A stretch of 64,000 nucleotides of DNA, taken from assembly GCF_054482525.1 (NCBI RefSeq), contig NZ_CM137006.1; one strand, 5' to 3'. The position numbers and the translations under genes are program-made. The notes under the pieces are model-generated. The model was not told the DNA's origin, did no database searches, and saw nothing but the letters and a program-made list of their open reading frames with translations. Shown piece after piece: positions 26,228 through 36,953 of this stretch (the first letter of the stretch is position 1; every line of letters starts with the position of its first letter).

Positions 26228-26276
26228 TTACAGGCGTCGCAGCAGGAATAGCGTTGCAACGCCTGTAGCAGGCGAG

Positions 26277-27044
26277 TTAACGACGACACATCTCATCAAT
26301 CATGCATGTGAAATAGTTATGCAGCCATAAAAATGAAGCCGGGATAGCGGTAGAGACTTTAGCCGTGAGAAAACGTTCTGTCGCATCCTGCTTTCCTTCG
26401 CCAGTCACCAGTAACAAAACTTCGTGGGCATTGAGAATATCCTTCAGGCCTAAGGTGATCCCACGAGTCACGGGACGGCCCGCGGTTTTTAACATCTCAT
26501 GTTGCTGTGTTCTGGCATCAAGTTGACTGATATGGCAGGCCGGTTGCAGGCTTTCTCCCGGTTCGTTCAGCCCAAGATGACCGTTTTTCCCCAACCCGAG
26601 AACGCATAAATCCAGACCGCCTTTGCGCGCAATCAGGTGCGTTACCCGTTCGCACTCTGTCTCATTTATCTCTTCGGAGCGAAAGCTGATGAGCTGGTCT
26701 TCACGCAGCCCCAGCGGCTGCACGATATGCTGTTGCAGGAAAGTTTCGCAGGTACCAGGCATAGTTAATGGCAGATCCACCCATTCGTCGAGCTTCACGA
26801 AGGTGAGCTGGCTGACATCAACCTGCTGCTGGTGGATTTTTTCTACCAGATAATGATACGTCAGTAATGGCGTGGCTCCGGTCGCCAGGCAAATCACTGC
26901 ATCCGGTTTGCTACGGATCACTGCCAATAAATATTCGCTGGCACGTTCACTTAACGCCATATAGTTTTCAACTTGCTGAAGGGTTTGCACAGGATGAAAT
27001 TCCTTAAGTAAAGAGGCACCACCAGACGCAGTGCCTCGTTCCAT
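26277..27044 (-). CDS. agaI: Putative galactosamine-6-phosphate deaminase/isomerase AgaI
   Basis: 255-aa ORF, NagB/GlcN6P-deaminase-like; last gene of aga cluster. Confidence 0.88.
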   Translation of the reverse strand: MERGTASGGASLLKEFHPVQTLQQVENYMALSERASEYLLAVIRSKPDAVICLATGATPLLTYHYLVEKIHQQQVDVSQLTFVKLDEWVDLPLTMPGTCETFLQQHIVQPLGLREDQLISFRSEEINETECERVTHLIARKGGLDLCVLGLGKNGHLGLNEPGESLQPACHISQLDARTQQHEMLKTAGRPVTRGITLGLKDILNAHEVLLLVTGEGKQDATERFLTAKVSTAIPASFLWLHNYFTCMIDEMCRR

Positions 27045-27836
27045 TTACAAAATGCCGAATGCGGAACAAACAATAGAGAGCACAAAAGTCACGCCGATTA
27101 ACAGCACCGGATGCGCTTTTTTCACCCGCAGGAAGTAATACATCAGCAGGGTGTAGGCCATCGGTAAAATATTCGGGAAGACTTTATCGAAGAAATCCTG
27201 CTGCAGCGCGACGCTGTGGGTACTGTCGATGGCAAACGATGTCACCACGTTAATATGCACATACGAAGCGATCAGCCCGCCGATTACTGTGATCCCGAGG
27301 ATGGTTGCCGAACGGGCAATCATCTGCGAGTTCTCTCGCACTTTATCGATCGCCTTCACGCCGACTGAATAACCGACGTGGGTCCAGCCGACGCGCAGGA
27401 AAAAGATAAGCAGGTAAACGGCGAAAAATAGAATCGGCCCCAGCAGGTTTCCCTGGCTGGCAAATGATGAGCAAATCCCCGCCATAATCGGCAACAAAGT
27501 GAACCAGAAAATCGCATCGCCAATCCCGGCGATTGGGCCAAACAGTGCCACTTTGAGGCCTTTAATGGTGTCGCGGTTTTCTCCTTTTTCTTCCATCGAA
27601 ATTAATAACCCCATCAGGAATCCGACCAGATTCGGGTGGGTATTAATAAATTCGAGGTTATCTTTCATCGCCGCGCTTAGGCCCGGTTTGTCGTCCTTAT
27701 AAATCTTTTTCAGGATCGGCAACATCGCCCAGGTAAAACCGCCCGCCTGCATCCTTTCGTAGTTAAAGCTTGCTTGTAGCAGTGACGAACGAAAGCCCAG
27801 ACGGGTGATATCTTTTTTACTGATTTCAGATCCCAT
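27045..27836 (-). CDS. agaD: PTS galactosamine-specific EIID
   Basis: MGSEISKKDITRLGFRSSLLQASFNYERMQ… 263 aa from internal ATG; mannose-family IID. Confidence 0.9.
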   Translation of the reverse strand: MGSEISKKDITRLGFRSSLLQASFNYERMQAGGFTWAMLPILKKIYKDDKPGLSAAMKDNLEFINTHPNLVGFLMGLLISMEEKGENRDTIKGLKVALFGPIAGIGDAIFWFTLLPIMAGICSSFASQGNLLGPILFFAVYLLIFFLRVGWTHVGYSVGVKAIDKVRENSQMIARSATILGITVIGGLIASYVHINVVTSFAIDSTHSVALQQDFFDKVFPNILPMAYTLLMYYFLRVKKAHPVLLIGVTFVLSIVCSAFGIL

Positions 27837-28629
27837 TGCTGTAGTCCTCTTCTTCATTTTTACTGGCAACGGGCTGCGGTTGCGCTTGCTGCCGGGATTT
27901 CGCATTGAAAAACTCATACACCGCAAAGCCTGCACCCAGTACGGCAACCGGCAACAGGTTGCTGACCTGGATGTAGCAAACAAACAGGAAGCCAGCGATC
28001 AGGTAAGGGATATATTGCGCTTTGAACATCACGCGCAGCAGCAAGCCAAAACCAACGGCAGGCAGAATACCACCAGCCACTTCAAAGCCGTGGGTCAGCC
28101 AGGCGGGCATCGCTTTCACCAGCGCCTGCATCGCCCCTTGTGCCAGGTAAGTACAGAGGAACGCAATCACCGCATACGCTGAAGCGACGATGAGCATCGT
28201 TGTCCAGTTAAGTCGGGAAAACGCTGCCGTATCCGCCTCTTTCGCGCATTTATCGGCTTTGGTCATAAATAATGAGAAAGCGGAATAGAAGAACAGAATG
28301 ACGTACTGCATTAACAAACTAAACGGCAGGCCAAGACCAATTGCCGTTTTGGCATCAACGCCCGTAGACCATGCAATGACGGTGGTCATCAGACCCGCCA
28401 TAATCGGGTTGGGCGGCTGAACACCACCTGCAGGGGTTAATCCGGCGAAAGCCAACTCTGTCAGACCACCGGTAATTAAGCCAGTCTGAATATCACCGAG
28501 AATAGCGCCAGTTAGGGTACAAACGATTATCGGGCGGAATAAAAATAAGGCTTCCAGCCAAAAATCAATCCCCAGAAAGAAAACTAACGCCGCCAGGGAT
28601 AATCCCTGGAGTAGGGTTATTTCATGCAT
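27826..28629 (-). CDS. agaC: PTS galactosamine-specific EIIC
   Basis: 267-aa membrane ORF, mannose-family IIC; 11-bp overlap with agaD. Confidence 0.9.
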   Translation of the reverse strand: MHEITLLQGLSLAALVFFLGIDFWLEALFLFRPIIVCTLTGAILGDIQTGLITGGLTELAFAGLTPAGGVQPPNPIMAGLMTTVIAWSTGVDAKTAIGLGLPFSLLMQYVILFFYSAFSLFMTKADKCAKEADTAAFSRLNWTTMLIVASAYAVIAFLCTYLAQGAMQALVKAMPAWLTHGFEVAGGILPAVGFGLLLRVMFKAQYIPYLIAGFLFVCYIQVSNLLPVAVLGAGFAVYEFFNAKSRQQAQPQPVASKNEEEDYSNGI

Positions 28630-28667
28630 TTTTATTACCTCAAACCAATATTAAGGCGATTTTAGAT

Positions 28668-29144
28668 TTAGTCAGGGATTTGTTCTTTTTGATCGCCAGG
28701 GACGTCCTGAATGAAAACATTCACGCCACGTTGTTTAATAAAACGTAAGTCCGTGAGATCCTGGTCATCGACATAAACTTTACTGCTGATTTGCTTTTTC
28801 CCTTCCGAGAAATGCATATTGCCGACGTTGACATCTTTCAGGTCAATGCCACCTTCTACCAATTTACGTACCGTTTGTGGCGTACGGCAAATCAGGAAGA
28901 TCTTTTGATGCGGTGCAGCTTTGCCGATGACATTAATGGTTTTTTCGATAGTAAAGAAACGAATGCCAAAGCCGTAGGTTTCCGCGGTAATACCCATTAA
29001 TTTCTGTTGAATATCATCGTTAGCGACAACATCATCCACGACTACCAGCAGATTTGCACCGATGGTAGATGTCCAGGTCACACCAACCTGGCCATGAACC
29101 AGACGGTTATCAATACGGGTTAAGAGAATATTTGGACTGCTCAT
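28668..29144 (-). CDS. agaB: PTS galactosamine-specific EIIB
   Basis: 158 aa, mannose-family IIB (LTRIDNRLVHGQV). Confidence 0.9.
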   Translation of the reverse strand: MSSPNILLTRIDNRLVHGQVGVTWTSTIGANLLVVVDDVVANDDIQQKLMGITAETYGFGIRFFTIEKTINVIGKAAPHQKIFLICRTPQTVRKLVEGGIDLKDVNVGNMHFSEGKKQISSKVYVDDQDLTDLRFIKQRGVNVFIQDVPGDQKEQIPD

Positions 29145-29310
29145 TGTGTAATCCTCACCATAAAGTTGAATAATATAATCTTTTTAAATATATTATTGTT
29201 GCGGTATTGTACTGATGTATTTATTAAGGTTTAGTTATCTCCTTTACCATTAAGGCACTCCCCGATATTAATCGGGAAGTACATTGGGATAAATCATAAA
29301 AAACTAATGA

Positions 29311-30183
<873 letters not shown>

Positions 30184-31338
30184 TTATGCCTGCCACGGAT
30201 GAATGATTACGCCTTGCACCACGCGGTTAACGGTGCCACTGGCTGATGGGGTATCCGGCGTATTGCCCATGTGCAGCGACTGCATCAGTGCAAACGTCTG
30301 GGCGTACATCAGGAAGCAAAATGCCTGCTCAACGTCGATAAAGTGACGGGACGGCGGCAGGATGATATGTGGACCGGCGGTAATAACGTCGTTGCTTTCC
30401 GCGGCGATAGCGATTACGCGCATCGCCTGGTTATCGCGGCGAAGTTCAGCCAGCAGATCAAGATCATACTGACGGGTGTAAGGGTGGCTGGAGACAAATA
30501 CCACCACCAGCGTTTCGTTATCGACCAGCGATTTCGGGCCATGACGGAATCCGGTCGGGGAATCATAAAAGGCCGCCAGTTTACCCGCCGTCAGTTCCAG
30601 TACTTTCAGCGCCGACTCGCGTGCTGCGCCCTGTAAGCCACCGCTGCCGAGATAAACGATCCGTTTCCACGGTGCGTAACCAAACACACCTTCGCTGAAA
30701 TCGCCCAGTGAGGTCAGGATCGCCTGGCAACGATCCGCCACGTCGCGGAAGCTCTGGCTATTGATCGTCTCAGGTGCGAAAACCGCGAGGCAGCTGGCCA
30801 TCATGGTGGTAATGCTGCTGGTCATCGCAAAGCCGCGATCGTGCGTTTCTGCGGGCATCAGCAGGGCAAACGCGTTGTCGCTGTTGATCGCGTTTTGGTA
30901 AAGAGCGCCCGCTTCGTTGCAGGTGATCGGCAGGTGATAGCATTCTGGTACAAATTGATTTGCCAGTTCCACGGCGGCGACGCTTTCCGGGCTGTTGCCG
31001 GATCGACCGAAGGAGATCAACAGTAGCGGATGAGCTGGATTCAGGTAGTCCATCGGATTAGTGACCAGATCGGTGGTCGGTACGGCGCTGAAGTTTTTAC
31101 CGGTATGGCTGGCGAGCCACGGCGCGATGATGTCACCGATAAATGCCGAGGTTCCGGCTCCGGTCAGGATTACCCGCAGATTCTCTTTGAGCAGTAACGG
31201 TTCAAGGAAGTTATTGAGCGCGGAACGTAGCGCGTCGATGTTGGTGAGTGAACGGATCCATGCGCGAGGCTGATGGCGGATCTCTTCTTCAGTCCATGTA
31301 CCGGTTGCGGCAGCAGCAGGGGTGTAATTTTCTGGCAT
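30184..31338 (-). CDS. agaS: Putative sugar isomerase/deaminase AgaS (SIS domains)
   Basis: 384-aa ORF with tandem SIS domains. Confidence 0.92.
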   Translation of the reverse strand: MPENYTPAAAATGTWTEEEIRHQPRAWIRSLTNIDALRSALNNFLEPLLLKENLRVILTGAGTSAFIGDIIAPWLASHTGKNFSAVPTTDLVTNPMDYLNPAHPLLLISFGRSGNSPESVAAVELANQFVPECYHLPITCNEAGALYQNAINSDNAFALLMPAETHDRGFAMTSSITTMMASCLAVFAPETINSQSFRDVADRCQAILTSLGDFSEGVFGYAPWKRIVYLGSGGLQGAARESALKVLELTAGKLAAFYDSPTGFRHGPKSLVDNETLVVVFVSSHPYTRQYDLDLLAELRRDNQAMRVIAIAAESNDVITAGPHIILPPSRHFIDVEQAFCFLMYAQTFALMQSLHMGNTPDTPSASGTVNRVVQGVIIHPWQA

Positions 31339-31391
31339 AACTCAATCCTTAGTCTGATGAACTTGACGTCGGGCGTTGTCGCTTTCGCTTA

Positions 31392-31520
31392 CCTTTCGTT
31401 TCATTTCACTTGGTGATGTCTTTCGTTGATTAAAATCTATAGAAAAGAAACTGAAAGTTCAATGGAGAAAAAAGAAATAAAACGAAATTTGTGATCATTG
31501 AAAGAAAAGACAAGGGAAGA
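31392..31520. promoter_or_regulatory. agaS promoter with AgaR-operator-like repeats
   Basis: cctttcgtttcatttcacttgg fits the AgaR operator pattern; further ctttcgtt/aaacgaaa copies nearby. Confidence 0.6.
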
Positions 31521-31557
31521 TTAAAGGATTGCGTAATGACGTCGCTATGTTCACCGA

Positions 31558-31615
31558 TTGCCGGATGCGGCGTACCGTAGGTCGGATCAGACGCGTTAGC
31601 GTCGCATCCGACACC
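31558..31615. repeat. REP palindromic element pair
   Basis: gccggatgcggcgtaccgtaggtcggatcagacgcgttagcgtcgcatccgacac. Confidence 0.75.
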
Positions 31616-31688
31616 GCTGCACAGATCAAAAAGAAAGAAAAAGAAAGGCCTTACGGGGGAAGTGAAGGCCCAATAATGGAGCAAACCA

Positions 31689-32822
31689 TCAAAACGAAGC
31701 TAATTGACCCTGAATCCAGATTTGTTGCACATGCAGCCCGCTATCCAGCGCAACGACGCTGGCGCGTTTGCCCGGTTTAAGCGATCCCAGAACACCATCA
31801 ACACCCAGCATTCGCGCCGGATGCAGCGACGCCATATGGATGGCTTCCGCAGGCGTTACGCCCGTTAACTCGACCATGTTGCGCACTGCTGCATCGACAG
31901 ATAGCGTACTGCCCGCCAGCCCACCGGACGCGGTACGGACAACGCCACCGTGCATCTGCACTTCTTCGCCACATAACGTATAGCGACCATCCGGCATCCC
32001 AGCTGCCTGCATCGCGTCGGTGATCAGTACGATTCTCTCTTTCGCACAGCAACAACACAGCGACATCGCCGCCGGATGCACATGATGACCATCGGCTATC
32101 AGTTCCAGCCAGGCGCGCTTGTCCGTTAATCCCGCGCCAACCATTCCCGGTTCGCGGTGATGTAAACCTGTCATCCCGTTATAGCAATGCACCAGGCCGT
32201 CGGCACCAGCATCAAATGCGGCGCGGGTTTGTTGCCAGGTCGCCGCGCTATGCCCCAGCATCACCCTTACGTTTTGCTGTTTAAGATGGCGGATGGCCTG
32301 CAATGCCCCTTCTTTTTCCGGTGCCAGCGCTACCACGCGCAAGGTGTGCTGAGAAACGGCAATCAATTGATCCAGCTCGGCAATTTCAAGCTCGCGAAAC
32401 AACTCCGGCGGATGCGCGCCTTTATTCTGCGGCGTGAAGTACGGTCCTTCGAGATAACTCCCCAGCACTTGCGCACCAGGTCCGCCGCGTTGGCAACGTT
32501 GAGCAATACGTTTCAGCGCCGCATGAATGGTATTAAGCGGCGCGGTTACGGTGGTCGGTAACCAACTGCCGACACCTTCGCGTGCCTTGTGCATTGCCAG
32601 CTTGTCGAGTACATCCGGCGCGTCATCCATTACATCAACGCCCGCACCACCATGTACATGGGTGTCGATGTAAGCGGGGCAGAGCAGTTCCGCATCGCGT
32701 TCAGTCACGCCCACTGGAATCGGTTCGATTGCTGCGATTACACCGTCAGCAATACGCAACTGATGGTCATCGAGCCATCCCTCTTCAGTCAGCAGCCTTC
32801 TGGCGCGCAGAACGTGTGTCAT
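31689..32822 (-). CDS. agaA: N-acetylgalactosamine-6-phosphate deacetylase AgaA (full length)
   Basis: MTHVLRARRLLTEEGWL…; about 377 aa; NagA-like metal-binding motifs; intact here. Confidence 0.9.
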   Translation of the reverse strand: MTHVLRARRLLTEEGWLDDHQLRIADGVIAAIEPIPVGVTERDAELLCPAYIDTHVHGGAGVDVMDDAPDVLDKLAMHKAREGVGSWLPTTVTAPLNTIHAALKRIAQRCQRGGPGAQVLGSYLEGPYFTPQNKGAHPPELFRELEIAELDQLIAVSQHTLRVVALAPEKEGALQAIRHLKQQNVRVMLGHSAATWQQTRAAFDAGADGLVHCYNGMTGLHHREPGMVGAGLTDKRAWLELIADGHHVHPAAMSLCCCCAKERIVLITDAMQAAGMPDGRYTLCGEEVQMHGGVVRTASGGLAGSTLSVDAAVRNMVELTGVTPAEAIHMASLHPARMLGVDGVLGSLKPGKRASVVALDSGLHVQQIWIQGQLASF

Positions 32823-33253
32823 ATTCCTTCCTCGACCGGACATTCTTCATGGCAGCGGCCTAACTCGTCTACCAGACTGGTCAGCCCACGGTGTCCACAC
32901 TCCAGCGCCTGCACACGGAACTCTTCACCGCTTAACCCTTCGCGCTCCAGCACCATCTCCAGTAGCAGTTGCAAATTGGTGCCGGTGATCACTTCACAGC
33001 CCGGTTTTTGCATCGCCAGCGTTGAAGCTACGCGAAACGGCGTGCCGCCCAGCAAATCTGTCAGAAAAACAATGCCGTCTTCACAATCCAGTTGGGCGAT
33101 GGCCTCTTCAAGCTGCGATGTAAGCAGCGCGGTGCTTGAGGTTTCGGGAAAATCGATGGCAATAAACTGCGATTGATCGCCGAGGATTTGCTTCATTGCT
33201 TTTTCCATGCCACTGGCAAACCCGCCATGCCCTGTCAAAATAATACTTAACAT
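32819..33253 (-). CDS. agaF: PTS N-acetylgalactosamine-specific EIIA
   Basis: 144 aa, mannose-family IIA (MLSIILTGHGGFASG). Confidence 0.88.
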   Translation of the reverse strand: MLSIILTGHGGFASGMEKAMKQILGDQSQFIAIDFPETSSTALLTSQLEEAIAQLDCEDGIVFLTDLLGGTPFRVASTLAMQKPGCEVITGTNLQLLLEMVLEREGLSGEEFRVQALECGHRGLTSLVDELGRCHEECPVEEGI

Positions 33254-33270
33254 CTAATACCTCATTGTAT

Positions 33271-34155
33271 TTAAAGGAAATGGCAGAATTTACCGACGAT
33301 ACCGAGAACCACGGTAACTGCAATCAGGCGCAGCGGACTCCAGCCGCGGCGTACCAGCCAGAACATGGTCAGGGTGTAGACCAGCGGTAAGAAGGCAGGC
33401 ATCAGTTTGTCGATAACATCAGCCTGTAACTTAACCACTGCGTCGCCCGCTGTGATTTCCAGCGTGGTGCTTAAACGAACATAGGTTGCCACCAGCGCGC
33501 CGATTACCGTCATCCCAACGATAGACGCAGCATGGCCGACTTTTTTGGTATTCGCTTTAATGAGTGGAATCGCCGCCACGCCCATGCGGTAAGCATAATG
33601 CGCCAGACCAAAACGCAGCCCCAGGTGTACCACGTTGAACAGCACAATAAAGACGACTGCGCCAAGAATAGAGCCTTGTAGCGCGAGGCTTGCGCCTATC
33701 CCGCCACAAATCGGCAGTAGCGTCAGCCAGAACATCGCATCGCCAATCCCGCCAAGTGGCGCACCGACGGCAATTTTGGTGCTCTGAATACTGTTAACGT
33801 CCTGCTTAGAACGCTCCATAGCAAGGATAATGCCGATAACAAACGTCACCAGAAACGGATGGGTATTGAAGAAACCCATATGCCCCTTCATGGCGCGCGC
33901 CAGGTCGCGTTTATTAGTGTGGATCTTTTTCAGAGCAGGCAGCAGACCGTACAACCAGCCGGAAGCCTGCATACGTTCGTAGTTAAAAGACGCTTGTAAC
34001 AGCATGGAACGCCAGGCGACGCGGTTGATATCTTTTTTCGTCAGCTCCGCGCCAATGCTCTGATCTTCATACACGTTTTCATTGACGCCAGTCAGCAATG
34101 TTTCTTCGTTTTCACTGACGTTCGGCAGGGTGGTTTGATTAGATGCCATCTTCAA
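33271..34155 (-). CDS. agaE: PTS N-acetylgalactosamine-specific EIID
   Basis: 294-aa membrane ORF paralogous to agaD. Confidence 0.88.
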   Translation of the reverse strand: MKMASNQTTLPNVSENEETLLTGVNENVYEDQSIGAELTKKDINRVAWRSMLLQASFNYERMQASGWLYGLLPALKKIHTNKRDLARAMKGHMGFFNTHPFLVTFVIGIILAMERSKQDVNSIQSTKIAVGAPLGGIGDAMFWLTLLPICGGIGASLALQGSILGAVVFIVLFNVVHLGLRFGLAHYAYRMGVAAIPLIKANTKKVGHAASIVGMTVIGALVATYVRLSTTLEITAGDAVVKLQADVIDKLMPAFLPLVYTLTMFWLVRRGWSPLRLIAVTVVLGIVGKFCHFL

Positions 34156-34918
34156 ATTCCTCTTTCTGTGCCGCAGGTTGAGTCGGTTCAGGAGATTTAC
34201 GCAGCAGGTCGATCAGCGCCATCGCCAGCGCGGCGGCAGCAATAGCCAGCACCGGTAACTTGAGCCAGGCTGCGGCAACAAAGCCCAGGATGAAGTAGGG
34301 GATGTAGACGTTTTTCATCATGATTTTCAGCAGTACGGCAAAACCGATCGCTGGCATGATGCCGCCCGCGACGCCGAGGCCGTCGATTAATCGTTGCGGC
34401 AGGACATCAATGATGGTTTTGGCATGTTCTGCGCCGAAGTAGATAGGCAGGAAAGCGCAGAGAAAATAGAAAGTGCCGAGTGCCAGCAGTGCCAGATAGT
34501 TCACGCGTTCAATGCCGCGAGTATCGGCGTTCTCTGCCATCCGGTCACAGCGGGACATTACGCCAGACATCACCGAGAACAGGAAGGTAATCCCCATCTG
34601 TACTGCGACAGCGAAAGGTACGGCGACACCGACTGCGACATCGGGTTTCACGCCAGTAGTAATGGCAAACGCCGTGCCGACGATAGTACCGATAATCACG
34701 TTAGGCGGCTGTGCGCCCGCCAGCGGGGCCAGCCCCATCCACACCAGTTCCAGCGTACCGCCGGTTAAAATACCGGTATGCAGATCGCCAAGTACCAGCC
34801 CGACTAACGGGCCGAGGACCACCGGGCGGTGCATATGGGTTAGGCCGTTAAACATATCCAGGCCAGCGATAAAGGCGATAATGCCCAACGCGAATGCCTG
34901 CAACAGACTGATTTCCAT
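34139..34918 (-). CDS. agaW: PTS N-acetylgalactosamine-specific EIIC (full length)
   Basis: 259-aa membrane ORF paralogous to agaC. Confidence 0.88.
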   Translation of the reverse strand: MEISLLQAFALGIIAFIAGLDMFNGLTHMHRPVVLGPLVGLVLGDLHTGILTGGTLELVWMGLAPLAGAQPPNVIIGTIVGTAFAITTGVKPDVAVGVAVPFAVAVQMGITFLFSVMSGVMSRCDRMAENADTRGIERVNYLALLALGTFYFLCAFLPIYFGAEHAKTIIDVLPQRLIDGLGVAGGIMPAIGFAVLLKIMMKNVYIPYFILGFVAAAWLKLPVLAIAAAALAMALIDLLRKSPEPTQPAAQKEEFEDGI

Positions 34919-34928
34919 GATGAATCCC

Positions 34929-35402
34929 TCAAAGTAATTTAAAGAGGTCCACTGCAGGCTCTGTCGGGACGCCCTGAACGAAGCATTCCACCCCAGCGGC
35001 TTTCAGGTCGTTAAATGCTGCAATATCGCCCGCATCTACAGAAACCGTTTTGGCGATTTGTTGCTTGCCATTGGCGTAGTGCATATTGCCAACGTTAATG
35101 CGATTCACCGGAACGCCACCTTTCACCAGCGTCAGGAAATCGGCAGGTGTTTTACAAACCAGCAGGATTTTCTGTCGATCGGCGGCGCGATGAATGTTGT
35201 CGATGACTTTTTGCAGCGTCCAGAAACGTACGGCGATCCCTTCTGCCAGTACCATTTCCATCAGGTTTTGTTGTACCGGATCTTCGGCAACCTCATCGTT
35301 GGCTACCAGCACCAGATTTGCCCCCGCAAATCCGACCCACTGAACGCCGACCTGACCGTGAATCAAGCGTTCATCAATCCGGCTTAAAACAATATTTGGC
35401 AT
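34929..35402 (-). CDS. agaV: PTS N-acetylgalactosamine-specific EIIB
   Basis: MPNIVLSRIDERLIHGQVG… 157 aa from internal ATG. Confidence 0.9.
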   Translation of the reverse strand: MPNIVLSRIDERLIHGQVGVQWVGFAGANLVLVANDEVAEDPVQQNLMEMVLAEGIAVRFWTLQKVIDNIHRAADRQKILLVCKTPADFLTLVKGGVPVNRINVGNMHYANGKQQIAKTVSVDAGDIAAFNDLKAAGVECFVQGVPTEPAVDLFKLL

Positions 35403-35424
35403 AGCGTGTTCCTCTTTGTTTTGC

Positions 35425-36705
35425 TTATTGGCCTTCACAGGCTGTGTGGTACTGCGCCAGGATGTCCTGAATATGGTTGATAATGAGTTCCCGTGGCGTT
35501 GGCTGCAGCTCGCCGGAGCGAACTTTCACGTATTGCAGCGGCAAATACTGGCTGATGAGCGGTAGCGGAATTGGTGAATCCGCCAGATTACGAACCAGAT
35601 GAGCGAAAGCGTCATCAATCTGGCTGTCCGGCCAGTAATAGCGCACGCGATCCGAGTAGCTATAACCACGTGCCAGACGACGCGCGTTGCCGTCACCGTG
35701 GTAGTGGCTTTGCCAGTATTCCGGGCGGTCGAGCATCACGTTTTCCAGTACCTGACGCAGACCGGAACAGGCTTTCGCTGGCACCAGTTCTTCTTCAATC
35801 GCCGCCAGAGAGAACAGAGCTTCACGCAGGGCGAAGGTCAGCGCCGGGCCAACTTTCAGAATGGCAAAGTGGTCAATCACCAGCTGGCGCAGCGATTGCG
35901 GCGTTTGATAATCGGTAGAGTGCGCTTCGAAAATCAGCGTTTCGTAGTTTTCGACCATCTGGCTTAAGGCGCTCGCTTTGGCGGGCTGATAATCAATAAC
36001 GTTGGTGTGATCGAATTCGACGCCGGGTTGTACCACCAGAGCAATGATGCGTGGCCAGATGGCACTCAGACCTTGCTTTTCAAAGGCGTGACGATGGGCT
36101 TCCAGCGTGGCGCGGGCGGCATCCGGCGTGGTGACCGCCAGCTCGCTTAAGGTTTCATGCGCGCCGCCAGGTACCGGCACTTCGGTACCAATGACATACT
36201 CCAAATCGGCTTCGCCAAAGTGTTCACGACAGGTTTCTTCCGCCACTTTCGCCAGACGTGCGGCGCGTTCAGCCACGATGTCATCAGTTAAGGGAACCGG
36301 ATCATCCTGACAGGACATGCTGCAATCAAGGTGAATTTTTTTGAATCCTGCCGCCACGTAGCTTTTAATCAAATCATCGGCATTGGCCATTGCCTGAGCG
36401 GCAGGCAGGTTTTGCCAGCGGTTTGGACCCAGATGGTCGCCACCCAGAATCAACGCATCCTGTGGGAAATTCAATGAGTCGGCGAGCTGACAAACAAAGC
36501 CGCGAAAATCGGCGGGCGTCATTCCGGTATAGCCGCCGAACTGGTCTACCTGATTGGAGGTTGCTTCAATCAGTAACGGCGTTTGGTTTGCACTGGCGTA
36601 GCGGATTGCAGCCTCCAGCACCAGCGGATGTGCGGAACAAACGGCATAAATTCCATTTGTTTTGCCCGCTTTGTGCTGTCTCACCATTTCTGTCAGATGT
36701 TTCAC
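35425..36705 (-). CDS. kbaZ: Tagatose-bisphosphate aldolase non-catalytic subunit KbaZ
   Basis: 426-aa ORF, GatZ/KbaZ family. Confidence 0.92.
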   Translation of the reverse strand: MKHLTEMVRQHKAGKTNGIYAVCSAHPLVLEAAIRYASANQTPLLIEATSNQVDQFGGYTGMTPADFRGFVCQLADSLNFPQDALILGGDHLGPNRWQNLPAAQAMANADDLIKSYVAAGFKKIHLDCSMSCQDDPVPLTDDIVAERAARLAKVAEETCREHFGEADLEYVIGTEVPVPGGAHETLSELAVTTPDAARATLEAHRHAFEKQGLSAIWPRIIALVVQPGVEFDHTNVIDYQPAKASALSQMVENYETLIFEAHSTDYQTPQSLRQLVIDHFAILKVGPALTFALREALFSLAAIEEELVPAKACSGLRQVLENVMLDRPEYWQSHYHGDGNARRLARGYSYSDRVRYYWPDSQIDDAFAHLVRNLADSPIPLPLISQYLPLQYVKVRSGELQPTPRELIINHIQDILAQYHTACEGQ

Positions 36706-36953
36706 TTTCCTCTCCAGTTCAGATTACTGCGATATTAATCTTTCGTTTTGTTTCAGTTGATACTGCGCCATGGTGAGATAAAAATAAAACGAAAGATAAT
36801 GGTTTTCTGATCTGATTCACAAAAGAAACATAATGAAAGCCACTGAAACGAGAGTAGCTTGCGCCAATGGGTAAGGTGGGCTTGCATTTGCTTAATAGAA
36901 AGGCGTTAATAGGCAAAACGAAATGAAACGAAAGTTTTACGAAAGGACTTACT
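36706..36953. promoter_or_regulatory. Divergent kbaZ/agaR promoter region with multiple AgaR-operator-like repeats
   Basis: ctttcgttttgtttcagttga plus inverted copies aaaacgaaag and aaacgaaatgaaacgaaagtttt. Confidence 0.6.
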
